This document shows positions 12,550 to 24,455 of a stretch of DNA of 64,000 nucleotides, in pieces. The stretch lies in assembly GCF_032062105.1 (NCBI RefSeq), contig NW_026929349.1, positions 62,001-126,000 on the forward strand, read 5' to 3'. Position numbers and translations under genes: made by a program. The notes beneath the pieces are model-generated. The model saw nothing but the letters and a program-made list of their open reading frames with translations. It was not told the DNA's origin and ran no database searches. Within the stretch, counting starts at the first letter, position 1. Each line of letters opens with the position of its first letter. Source of the stretch: Saccostrea cucullata. Taxonomy: Eukaryota.

Positions 12550-12806
12550 CCACCCAATCCCCGTTACAGTTTATAGGCTTTATCATTGTTCGTTGCCTTT
12601 GTCATCAAGTTTAAGGTCAAGGTCATCACAAAGCAACGATTAAATATGTACGTGTAATATATAGAAATTGAAGGCATCGTATAACATGCCTTAAAATGCA
12701 TGGTGGATAAAAAATAAAAAAAAAATGTCTCTCTTGATTATCAGTTGCGATGCACAGTCAAAACATCGGCAGACGTTGCATTACTTGATGGTCCGATGCA
12801 TACGCC

Positions 12807-13076
12807 TCAGCGTTGTGATATTCTGCGCATTGGAATACAGTCCAAGTCATTCACGTTCTTTTCACATAAAAGCGTCTTTTGGATGGCGATTCTGAATCTC
12901 TTGTTAATAATGGCGTACACTACCGGATTGTAGCATGTGGAGGATTTTGCGAAAACAGCTGGAATGACATGGAATAAGGCAGGAAGTGTACCCACTTCTT
13001 TTATCGATATAACGAGAAAGTAAACAGTAAATGGAGTCCATGCAACGAGGAAAAGTATTACCGCAACAACACACAT
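12807..13076 (-). CDS. RRH: Peropsin-like opsin, last coding exon (TM6-TM7, C-tail)
   Basis: Acceptor ttttcag|ATG (phase 0); AWTPF, FAKSSTCYNPVVY (retinal Lys, NPxxY), NKRFR; TGA 12809-12807. Closely resembles peropsin FAKSSTFYNPCIY...NKKFR. Symbol is family-level. Confidence 0.93.
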   Translation of the reverse strand: MCVVAVILFLVAWTPFTVYFLVISIKEVGTLPALFHVIPAVFAKSSTCYNPVVYAIINKRFRIAIQKTLLCEKNVNDLDCIPMRRISQR

Positions 13077-13413
13077 CTGAAAATAAAGTGAAAACATTAG
13101 ATGCTGTCATAAAACATTAAATTCAGTTATACCCAAACATTTTTTTTTATTTGTAATGTATTTAAACGTAATTTTTTATGTATTCATTTAAGAAATATTC
13201 TATGAATATGACTACTCGTACTTTCAAAAGAATTCCATTTTTTCTCCCACAAATTTGCTCAAATGGGATAAATCCAGATTTTGACAATAAGTCATGTTCT
13301 CCTATACATTGTTATTAAACATGGTACTGTAAAATCATATAATTTCGTATTGTCAGTTTTTCGAGAATTAGGAAAAAAGTATTGATTTGTGAGGATATCG
13401 TGGTCGGAAAATG

Positions 13414-14323
13414 TATGGCACGCCAAATTCACAAAATTGAACGAAACATAGTTTCACAGTCGATAAACTAGGTTTATCGGTTGTAAACAATAGTTTACGG
13501 ACTGTAAACTATAGTTAAGGACGTTAATCTATACATATGGCACGCCAAATTCACAAAAATTAGCTAAACCTAGTTTCACAATTGATAAACTAAGTTTATC
13601 GACTGTAAACAAATTAACCGTAAATTAACCAACAGATTTAACTTAGTTTTTTTAAAACTATATTTAACGGTTGTTAACTATCATTTGGCAAATCCGTCTG
13701 TAATAAAACGTTAACAACAGATTTTGTTGATAAAATTTGATAATTTTTGTATATCTATATATTTAGCTCGTTAACTATAGTTAAGAGTTGTAAACCACAG
13801 TTTACAAATCGTGAAACTGTATTTATAAGATGGCGTGCTAAACCTAGTTTCACAATTGATAAACTAGGTTTATCAACTGTAAACTATAGTTTACAAACCG
13901 TGAACCATAGTTTACAATTCGTTAATTATAGTTTTCACAAAACTAATTTGTAAACTATGGTTTACAACTGCTAACCTTAGTTTATCTGTCTGTAATAAAA
14001 CGTTAACAATAGATTTTGTTGATAAACATAGATTAACAATTCTGTAAACTATAATTTACGATCGTTAACTATAGTTTAAGAGTTGTAATCTATGTTTATC
14101 AACAAAATCTATTGTTAACGTTTTATTACAGACAGATAAACTTTATTTATCATTCGTAAACTATAGTTAACAACAGTTAAATATAGTTTTACAGATGAAA
14201 ACTATAGTTAACGAATTGTTAACTAAAGTTCACGGTATATAAACTATAGTTTACAGTCGAAAAACCTAGTTTATCAACTGTGAAACTATGTTAAGCTCAT
14301 TTTCGTGAATTTGGCGTGCCATA
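13414..14323. mobile_element. IS3EU-like non-autonomous DNA transposon, nested in a Tc1/mariner-type MITE (13325-14441)
   Basis: TIR TATGGCACGCCAAATTCAC; 6-bp TSD AAAATG (13408-13413, 14324-14329); AAACTATAGTTTAC-type internal repeats; extra left-end copy at about 13537. Confidence 0.8.
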
Positions 14324-15379
14324 AAAATGTTTAGTAAAAATGCACATGAAGTTTTACATTTCGTGGTGGTCATTAATTCGTTTCAGAAAGTAAAGTAAAA
14401 TTAAACACTGAAAACAAATATGCAAAACATGATTTCACAGTTTCACGATTTGTATCACATGGATTTAGATAACTGAGATATCATTATCACAATCTATTGG
14501 AAACATACCATATTTATCAATGTATAGAAGAAAATATCTCATTGTAAATATCCATGTCATTTATCCGTTAATTCAAGTTTCTTTAAAGTCTTAAAAACGG
14601 TTTTATAAAAGATTAACATTTATCAACTGTGAATATATGTTGGAGAAATCGAATTTCCTGTAACCATAAAAATGTTTAGTAAAAAACATGAAGTTTTCAT
14701 TTAAATAAATCATTAATTCGTGCATGAAATTGTCATGAAAATAAAAAAATTGAAAATTTCACAAATTTTCACATGGATTTAGATAATTGAGATATCATTA
14801 TCACAATTATTAGCATTACCATATTTAAATTAGAAGAAAATATCTCATTGTAAATATCCAGGGATTTATCCGTTTATTCAAGTTTCTTTAAAGTCTTAAA
14901 AACGGTTTTATAGAAGATTGACATTTGTAACCCATAAATATATTTTGGAGAAATCGAATTTCTTGTAACCTAGTATTCTCTATAAAAAATAGAAATTTTC
15001 AATTTAAACGAATTAATTTGTGCCTGAAATTGTCATACATAAATCTAAATTCAAAATTCAAAATTTTTGTATAGGACACTAACCTTAGATACCAATGCTT
15101 ATTAGATTTGCATTGAATTACATCCTATACTTTGGTAATAGACTGCCTCATTTGAGACTCAGCAGTTAAGCCGAAGTAAATTTGTACATTTCTGTGCTGT
15201 TCATTTTCTAATGCTTCCTCCCTTTTATCCCAACAATCCCTTATTTCTATATGTGACGTGAAACTGTCACATCTTATTGAGACCGGCAACCTAATATCCA
15301 CTCCTCTAATTAAGTCAAAAACTACAAAAATCCCAGCTGAGGTATATTTAGCAAAAACTATTAATTGGTTTAATCCTGC

Positions 15380-15602
15380 CTTTGTAATCTGTTTTTGATG
15401 TGTCCATTCGATGTTTTCCTGGGAACCACCGCCGCCAACGGCTTTGATGAATTGATATGTTTTCCGGTAGCTCACCATGATGACACAACACGGGAAGATG
15501 AAGCAGACGACAGCCACTGCGTAAACGAAGGAAACAAACGCTGCTCTTCCATGACACGTCCAGGATATCGTACAAAGCACACCGGTGTCGTCAAGATCAT
15601 AA
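15380..15602 (-). CDS. RRH: Peropsin-like opsin exon (ECL2, TM5, ICL3)
   Basis: Acceptor ctttttag|T (phase 2); YDLDDTGVLCTISW...FVSFV...FIFP...EWTHQKQITK aligns to peropsin YAPDPTGATCTINW...DWSDQIDVTK; ends at a GC donor AAG|GCAGGA. Confidence 0.88.
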
Positions 15603-15717
15603 CTAAAAAGAGAAAGTAAAATGAGAGATGAAAGCAATTAACATAAACCCTAAAAAATACTGGACCCAGGATCATGAAGCATTTTAAGCTGAAGTCCAAA
15701 AATTGCATACATGTATG

Positions 15718-15803
15718 CATCGTTGGAAACCCACGGGTGATTTCGTCTTTACTTATCAATGATGATAAGTAAAGACGAAATCACCTGTAGGTTTCCGACG
15801 ATG
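15718..15803. mobile_element. 86-bp fold-back MITE with a 9-bp flanking direct repeat
   Basis: CATCGTTGGAAACC...GGTTTCCGACGATG, about 41-bp arms; ACATGTATG at 15709-15717 and 15804-15812. Confidence 0.75.
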
Positions 15804-16071
15804 ACATGTATGGTGCTTATTACTTAGAAGGCAGTCCAAAAATAAAAATGCTTTCCAATTCTGTATCACTGTTTTCTGTCGTATGCAATCTAGAGTTTCA
15901 TTCAGCAAGTTTTAAACATTTTATAGATAATTGAAATTCTGACTTTAAAATGCTAAGTTTGTTACATGATCTTTGGGCTTGATTTGTTACGCCTGGAAGC
16001 GAATAGCAGAAATTATGGACCTATCTAGCAAATTTACAAAAAAATCAGCTGTACAGCGTGTTCATTTAAGG

Positions 16072-16234
16072 AATCACTGTCTAGTTAGTGTAGTATGCCA
16101 GGGCATCAACGATAGTGGGAAACATGGCATAATTTGCGTAACGGCCATTGGGCGAAGCCCGTTATGCAAAAATTATCCCATGTTTCCCACTATCGTTGAT
16201 GTCCCTGGCATATTCTCAAAACTAGACAGTGATT
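16072..16234. mobile_element. Fold-back MITE with central GGGCGAAGCCC mini-hairpin
   Basis: About 70-bp imperfect arms: AATCACTGTCTAGTT...CATCAACGATAGTGGGAAACATGG and CCATGTTTCCCACTATCGTTGATG...AACTAGACAGTGATT. Confidence 0.7.
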
Positions 16235-16599
16235 TTTTATATTTCCATTTCCATTGTGAAATAAAATTGTAGACTTAGACTTTAAAAAATGTAGATTAAT
16301 AGATTTAAATCACATGAGGACTTCCATGCCAATTTCAATACTAGTAGTCCTCGCCAACTGACGTCAAACACAAAGGCAGCCGCACGAGATTTACATGCAT
16401 ATTTGGCCTCCTTAGCGTCAGACACAAAGACAGATGCGCACGAGAATTGCATGCTTATTAGGCCTCCTTAGCTCCCGACCTGTCGACCTGCCTTATTTAC
16501 ATTCCGGCAGAATTATCAAGAAATAAACTATCCCTAACTTTTAAAGAGTTATCACAGAGAAAAAAAAATTAGAATTGGAAATATTGTGAAATCAATCTC

Positions 16600-19500
16600 A
16601 GATGGCACTTATAGCACCAAGAGTAGTTGACAAAAAACATTATTTGTCTACAGGATGACAAAAATATTGTATGCAGAATTTATGTACTATTTTTTTGCAC
16701 GGCGTGTATTCTTCTTGCTAATTATGTTTCTACAAAATTAATAGTATTGCTAGAATAGTTCTACATTTTATACAAGAGGTCAACTTATTTCTTTCTGATG
16801 GGGCATTATTTAGAATTAATACTTAGTATATTGATAACGTCATTTCAAATTTCAAAGTACAATTAATGTATTTGTACTCTGTAGATTCTATAAATGCTGA
16901 TAAATATAGCAATATTGTGAGAAAACATCAGTTTGAGTGCAAGCACCAATAATAATTGAAATAAGCAATTATTATTTTTTTTCTGCACGATGACAAAACC
17001 ATTATTTGTCTGCAGGATTTAAAATTAGTCCTGCTGAGCGTGTATCCTTCCTGTTCGTCTTGTTTGTTTCTGCTACATAATTGCTGGACTAATTCATCCT
17101 TTCTTTCCTTACTAGGTACAAATGAATTTTACCTACCGTCGATTGCTAAAGGACACAGAAAAATCAAAGGAAGCTTATTTGCGATTACAAAATCAGTAAT
17201 ATCGCGGGAAACTGTCTTTTAAGGCATTTACAATAACCCATCTGCCCCCCCCCCTTCTCTGGTGCCAAGAGGTACCAAAACCAAGTCGCTTACTATACAA
17301 TACGGACAATTGTGGCCCTACCTTATCTAAAGGGGATATGATTTGAACAACCTTGAATCTACACAACCTGAGGATGCTTCTTTACACTATTGTTGTCACT
17401 TTGTTGTTTTTAAGAAGAAGATGTTTAAAAGTTCTTTCCTTCTTCTTCCTATTTAAACTTTCAACTTTTGACCCCACAATTATAGTTTCACTCTACACTT
17501 TGATTTGAAAAATAATTCTACGCTACTTGAGGTTGCTTTTGTATTGGTATGTCAACAATATGTCTTATCAAGGGTTTTGTTGTCATATTTACAGAAGATA
17601 TATATACCAAAGAGTGAATGAATAAAAGAGTATAATGGTGGATGAGAACACTTTCAAAGGAACACATAGTTGATGATCAAAAGTAGAAATGAGTGTTTCA
17701 GGGAAAAACATAATGTAATAAGAGATTGCTATTTACATAAAACTTAATCATCAATATATGACCTAGTAATAATGATTTTTATTACAAAGTCTTTTTTCTT
17801 TCCAAAATTACGAACCTACATACAAATAAAATGTTCAAAATTTAATTTACGAAGGTATTGATTTGAAATTTGATTGAACTGACTGAAATGTGCAAGCTAA
17901 TTATAAGTATGACGCGGTTTGCAATTATTTCATGTAGTTTTACTATCATAATAAATTCAAATCAAGTAAACAAATTTTGCACGAAATTTCCCCATTTAGA
18001 AAGCATGATTCTGTTATCAATACTTTGTTGTATTTGAATATTTTTCCTAAGGGAAAAGGCAGGTAGCCAGAGATGATAACTTAATAGATTAACAAACTTT
18101 TTTCACCTTTCTAGAATTTTATTTTCCCTCAAAGTAAAGAAAAAACATTATGTAATAAGAGTTCTTAAATAAGATCTCCATTTAAAATGTTTTTTTATAC
18201 AAATATAAGATTTACATATAGTAAAACATAGTTATTGTAAAACAATAAAATTGTAGGAGATAGATAAATATTTTTAGTGAAAATGTGCAAATTAAAGAGC
18301 AAACCTTTTTTCCAGATATAAGTGTTTTATCGAAAAATTTATATTGAGAGTCCGGTTGCAGTATTGTCAAATAAGGGTAATGTAAGGGTAATACAGAAAC
18401 TGAATTAAAAAAATGTTTTTTAAAAATATTTTGACCCCCACCCCCACGAAATAGGAATTTCGAGTTGTTGGTCCCCACCTTCAAAAACGATGCTACGTCA
18501 CTGTACTCCTCCCTATATGCCCCCTCCCTTCCTTCTTAAATTTTTCAACAGTGGCTTGATAAGTTGTCAGGTTCTACTGTATAAAAATAACAAGTTCGAG
18601 AATAGCTAGGCATAAACATAGACACTTGGATCACCAGCAAAGAAGCAGCCTTCAGGAAGATTTACCTAGCTTGGACAAAAGCATTGTCGAGACTGAAGAC
18701 AGTCTTGCTATATAATTAATATATTTATAGATAGATTATATACGTTGTGCTCAATCAAGACAAAATCTGATCGAAATCAGGTCCTAATTAGAGATTTCTA
18801 CGTGAGTGGATAGAAGGATGTGAATACTATAGTACTCTTTTGCACAAGTTTTTCTATTTAAGGAATTTTAGATCTGTTATTATTTGAATATTTATTCTTG
18901 GAGAAAATGAGAGGTACCCAGAGATGAAAAAAGAAATAAATCAACTCATTTGTTTCAACGTGTCATTTTTTATTATTTTCCCTCAAAGTCTAAAAGAGAT
19001 AGGATGTTTAGGTGATTTTTAAATAAGATCTCATTAATTTATTCTTAAAAAATAGAATTTTTTCATATTTATAAATTCAATTAAAAACATGGATATGGAG
19101 AGACATTTTAAATTCTATCAATTGTGCAAAACAAAAGTATCACACCAGAAGAGCATGCAAATTAAAGAGCCAACAATGCGTCATGTCCATTGTGGATCTG
19201 AGGTAAAATACTGAGTGGCAAATATTGACAAAAGCACTGATGCATCATTGTCGGAAACCTTACGATGCTTGATGCTACATACGTACGTTTAATTGATATA
19301 TCTTTGCACAAGGTTGATCATCATACAAAAATACATTTTCACAGCAACGCCATATATATATTCTAGTATGAGAAAAAAGATTAAAATCATAGATGGCTTA
19401 GGAAACAAAAAGTTATATAGTTATTGCGTTCTCTTTCTCTTAATCTCTCTCTACATTTATTATTTGTTTATATAAATGCACGTATAGCAAAAAAAAAAAA

Positions 19501-22500
19501 AATGGGAAAACCTCAGTTTGCTTGCAAGCATCAAGGGTATAGTTGACAAAAACCATAATTTGTCTGCAGGATGACAAAATCATTAACCATTGGAGGATTT
19601 CGATTTAGATTTGCTGAGCGTGTATCCGTCTTATTAATCATATTCCTACAGTTTTATTACAGGACTAGAATACCACTTTTAAAAAATCATAACAACGTAC
19701 ACATCAATCCTGTCTGCCGTGGGTTGCTAAAGAACAAAAGTTATTCATTGCTTCAAAGTAAAAAAAATGAGTTTCATTGGCGGTAACAATATCAGTAATA
19801 TATAGACCGGGGAACTGTCCTAAAGGCATTTACCTCATGCACGTAGCATTAGGGGCCTGCCTTCTTTTCCAGACATAATGTTTATTGAGATTCAGGTTGG
19901 AGTATTGTCAAATAAGAGTAATATAAGGGCAATACAGTAACTGAATTTAAAAAAAATGGTACTAAAATAATTTGAAACCTCTCCCATCCCCACAAAAAAG
20001 GATTTTTGATCATGAATTGTTGGTCTCCACTTTCAAAAATGATTCTACGTCACTGTACTCCCAATATGCTCCTACCTTACTTCTTAATTTTTTCAACGGC
20101 GGCTTGATAAGTTCTCAGGTTCTAATGTATAAAAATAACAAGTTCGAGTATAGCTAGACATAAACATAGACCTTTGGATCACCTGCAAAGAAACAACCTT
20201 CATGAAGATTTACCTAAAAACAAGCTTGGACAAAAGCATTGTCGAGACTGAAGACAGACTTGTAATATAAATAATATATTTATAGATAGATTATATACTG
20301 TAAGTGCACAATCAAGACAAAATCTGATCCTAATTAGGTTCTTATTAGAGATTTCTACGTGAGTGGATAAAAGAATGTGAATACTTTTTTTTTTTTGCTG
20401 AGACAGAGATGAAAAAAGAAGTAATTAAACTCATTAGTTTCAACTTTTCATTTATTATTATTTTCCTTCAACGTGAAAAAAATTGATGTAAAGAGGAATT
20501 TTAAAATAAATCTGAGAGGTCCCCAGAGATGAAAAAAGAAGTAATTAAACTCATTAGCATATATTGGGGGCACAGGGGGCGAAGCCCCCAACTGTTTTCG
20601 TGTATTTTAGAGTAAAACCAGGCACAATGATTTATTATTATTTTAATAAAGTATATCATACGTGAAAAAAATTGATGTTAAGATGGTTTTTAAATAAGAT
20701 CTCTTATTAATTTTTTTTTTTAAGAAAAAAAAAATCATATTTATAAATCCAATTGAAAAATTGGATATGGAGACACATTTTATATTCTATCAATTGTGCA
20801 TTGCCATATGCAAAAAACATAGCACACCAGAAGAGCATGCAAATTAAAGAGCCAACAATCCGTCATGTCCATTGTGGGTCTGAGGTAAAATACTGAGTGG
20901 CAAATATTGACAAAAGCACTGATGCACCATCGTCGAAAACCTTACGATGTAGGTCTAATTGATATATCTTTGTACAGGGTTGATCATCATACAAAAATAC
21001 ATTTTCACAGCAACGCCATATATATTCTAGTATGAAAAAAGATTAAAATCATTGATGGCTCACGAAACAGAACGGTTAAATCCTTATTGTGTGCTCTTTC
21101 CCTCCATATCTCATTTTATGATTTGTTTATAAAATGCAAGTATAGCAACAAATACGAGAAAACCTTAGTTTTCTTGCAAGCACCAAGAGTAAAGTTGACA
21201 AAAACCATAATTTGTCTGCAGGATGACAAAACCATTATTTGTCTGCAGGATTTAACTTTTGGCTTGCTGAGCGTGTATCCGTCTTATTAATCATGTTTCT
21301 ACAGTATTATTGCTAGATTATAATGCCTACTAAACTAACTAGGTACAAACCAATCGTGTCTGCCGTGGCTTGTTAAAATAAGAAAAAAATATTAATGGCT
21401 ACAAAGCAGAAAAAAAGAGTTAATTGCGTTTGCAGTGACAAAATCAGTAATCGTCCTAAAGGCAATCACCCTATCCAACCTATCCCCCTAAGTTCCCTGC
21501 TGCAAAGGGAAATTTAGACCAAGTCGACTACTGCATTCATACGGGCAGATCTTTTCAGTTGTGGGTGTTGTTTAGTTGTGGAAATGTGGGGGTAAGTTAG
21601 GAACACGCGGTTAGTAATACTTTGATTGATTATTTGTATGTTGTTTAACGTCTCTCGAAAGAATTTTTCACTCATATGGAGACGCCACTATTTGCCGGTG
21701 GAGAGCTGCATTTGTCCTATACTGCACTTAGAGCCATTGATCAGGGAGGGATCTTTTTCGTGCCAGTACTTACTGCGACAACGGTTCTCAATTTATACGG
21801 TCTCATCCGACGGACAGGTCTCCATGTCCCAAAGTGGGATTTGAACCCGCGGCGTAAGGATCAAATCATTTCTTCGCGACTCTCAAACCATCGGCCACGC
21901 GGGCGACAGTAATATTTTGAGAGGACAGTCAAATGTTTGCCGAAAAAAAGAAACGTACGTAAATAAGATTTGTAGTTGCCAGGCTTGCAAGATTTAAGTA
22001 TACCGTTGTTTGAAGACCATCTATAAACCTAATTAGTTCGGTTTTTGTTGGTTTTAAAAATAACCAAAATAGAATATAAAGAAAACTAAAAATAACGTAT
22101 GCAGTGAAAAAAATAATGGTCATAGTTCATATTTCCCCATGGTCCGTTTCATTAACCAATAAACATACCCTAAGTGCCTATGACCGATTTCAATATTGTT
22201 TTTATTATTTTAAATTTTAGATTTCTAAAAAAAAAATCACCTGTCTTATTTTTTTCAAACACCAGGTTCTTCATGTGCTTGATATACTCGAAAAAAGCTA
22301 TTTTTAGCATATAGGTCACAGTCAAGGTCACAAGGTCATTAACCTTGGTGTCATTTCAAAGATTTTGATTAGAAGAATATGCATACTAAATATGAAGTCT
22401 CTACTTTTATCAAAAACACAGAAAAAACACTTGGCCACAGTCAACAGCAATGAGGCAAAATTCATGTAGATTTACCTAAGAAAAACAAGCCTTGACAAAA

Positions 22501-22700
22501 GCATTATTCTAGTCGAGACTGAAGACAGTCTTGTAATATATTTTTGATAGACAAATTACTTTTTTAAACCTTTGTATCTTCGTTCATGTCCCCCCTTTCA
22601 ACCTAAATTTGACACAAGCAGAATCAAATCAAAATCAGATTATTTATAGTAGTATAGAGTTTTCTAGAGTGGATCAAAGGATGTAATTTTATTAAGATTA
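16600..22700 (+). repeat. Intronic tandem duplication: ~1.55-kb unit at about 18350-19900 and 19900-21540, with partial copies at 16600-18350 and 22440-22690
   Basis: Shared markers GTATTGTCAAATAAG (18361, 19902), GTCGAGACTGAAGACAG (about 18686, 20241, 22512) and CACACCAGAAGAGCATGCAAATTAAAGAGC (19141, 20823). Confidence 0.8.
21622..21907 (-). mobile_element. tRNA-derived SINE with Nin/Deu-like core
   Basis: Minus strand: A box GTGGCCGATGG, B box GGTTCAAATCC, core GGATGAGACC...GGCACGAAAAAGATCCC, tail GACGTTAAACAAC...(AATC)n; paralogues at 57.3, 57.5 and 59.5 kb. Confidence 0.8.
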
Positions 22701-24455
22701 AGAAAGAACCATCAGATAAGAATAATGACCTCCATGCTTATTGATACGCATACTTTAATCACTAAAATAGCTGTACTGTATTTTATATCAGGCTTTATCC
22801 TGAGGCAATTTGAAAGTTTAAAACACCTAATATAGTATTGCCAGACTCGTATGAAGCAATGTAGTGGGGAACACCAGTCAACTCCCAAAAATTCGTTGGA
22901 ACAAAAGACACCCCCGTTCCCAGGTTCCTTATTCCATGCATAACCAGGGAAGGTAGCTTAAGCGCCAATAGTAGTATCACTGGCATGGTAAATCTAGCAA
23001 TGAATCTGGGTTCATACTAGTATGTATGTAGATCAATTCAAAAACAAGCTCCCAGAGGGAGATTTTCTACAAAGAACCAATTCTAAGAGTATCCCGGCTG
23101 ACAGATCTCATATCAAGTTGGAGAAGACAAGATATTTTAATCTTATTTGAAATTGGCAATAGGATAGAATACGAAAATAGAAAATACTTATTAAAAGTCA
23201 ATATGATCTCATTTCTCATTTTGTTTGCATACTTTGAAGAAGATTAGTTTGTATATATATTTCACAGACAGTCAAATAAAATTAGTTATTCCTATTAATC
23301 AAGTTCCCACTTTTGGAGTTTCAAATTTCAAATTTCATCTATGATACTGTGTAAAAGACTATTATCGCCCCGTGTTATTTTATTAGCCTTTTCACACTGA
23401 AAAACTAATTTTCCCCGTTTTAAATTTGCCTAGTCATTGTTTTGTTTGAAAAAAATATTCCGTGTTCTTTGAATTCGCCCAGTTTTATATTCATTCAAAT
23501 ATGGGTAGGACAAATGGGGCGAAAATAAAACAGGAGCGAAACTTGAAACTCATAGTCACAGAGGTACGAAAATGGTCTCTTCAAAAAGAAATTGAAATTA
23601 AGAATTTTCACGAAAGTCAAAATCCTCAGACTGCAATTTTTCAAATGAAAGTAGCCAATGAATGTATGTCTGTGCCCCCTTTATCCGTTTTATGGAATAA
23701 ACCACGATTTTTTACTATTGGTTTTCAGCGCCAAATTTATCAGAAGTCTTTAAAAAGTACATCAACCCCTAAGTCGAGATAAAAAAAAAGTTGGTACCCA
23801 TAGAAAGGCCATATCAACGGGAAATTCATCTAAAATACATGCATGATGCTTTGGCAGCAACTATTCAGAAAGTTAAAAACAAAAATGCTGGTACCCAAAG
23901 AAAAGTCTTGTCAAAAGGAATACAAACGAATGTCAAAGCCCTTATAACGACTATATAAAATTTATGATCAATGTTTTAGTTTGGCTGAGGTTTTTCAATT
24001 GTAGATTAACTTCAGGGTCATGAGGTAATTTTTTTTATTACATAAATTAAGGTCACTGAAAGGAGTATACGTATGAGAAATGTGGGGGCCTTAGAACAAA
24101 CCGTTCAAAAGTAATAGTCATGGTTAAAGATACTCGGTATTTCTGGATAGACAAACTGACAGAAAAACGGAAAAAAATAAAAACCTTATGCCATCAAATC
24201 TCCATCATTAACATGAATATTTGTTATTAATATGCCTAAACTTAAAGGTTTCTTTTCGAATGTACAATGAAGCAGATTGAAGTGATAAAATTTGCCGATT
24301 GAATAGAACGTTTATGTGGCCTTTTTTAGAACTATGATTCTTATATAATGATACGCTTATTTCTCTAGAAAAGAAAAAAAAACACGTTCTAATAGTTCCT
24401 TCGAATACATGCAAAACAAGTATTCCATAAATATAATAGCCAATCAACACCTTAT

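Larger units (their letters stand above)
12260..12568. mobile_element. Composite TRIM-like insertion: two tRNA-containing mini-LTRs (Helenus-like) in inverted orientation around a tRNA-Lys(CUU) PBS
   Basis: TG...CA termini; GTTT TSD at 12256-12259 and 12569-12572; LTR-B 12260-12424 (+); PBS TGGCGCCCAACGTGGGGC 12428-12445; LTR-A 12452-12568 (-). Confidence 0.8.

Noticed and set aside
15125-15379. C-terminal part of the 170-aa ORF as coding sequence
   Set aside because: Opsin similarity stops at ITK; the rest is intron read-through.
22795-22986. GC-richer stretch with a 63-aa ORF
   Set aside because: No recognisable motif or splice support; possibly an old TE fragment.
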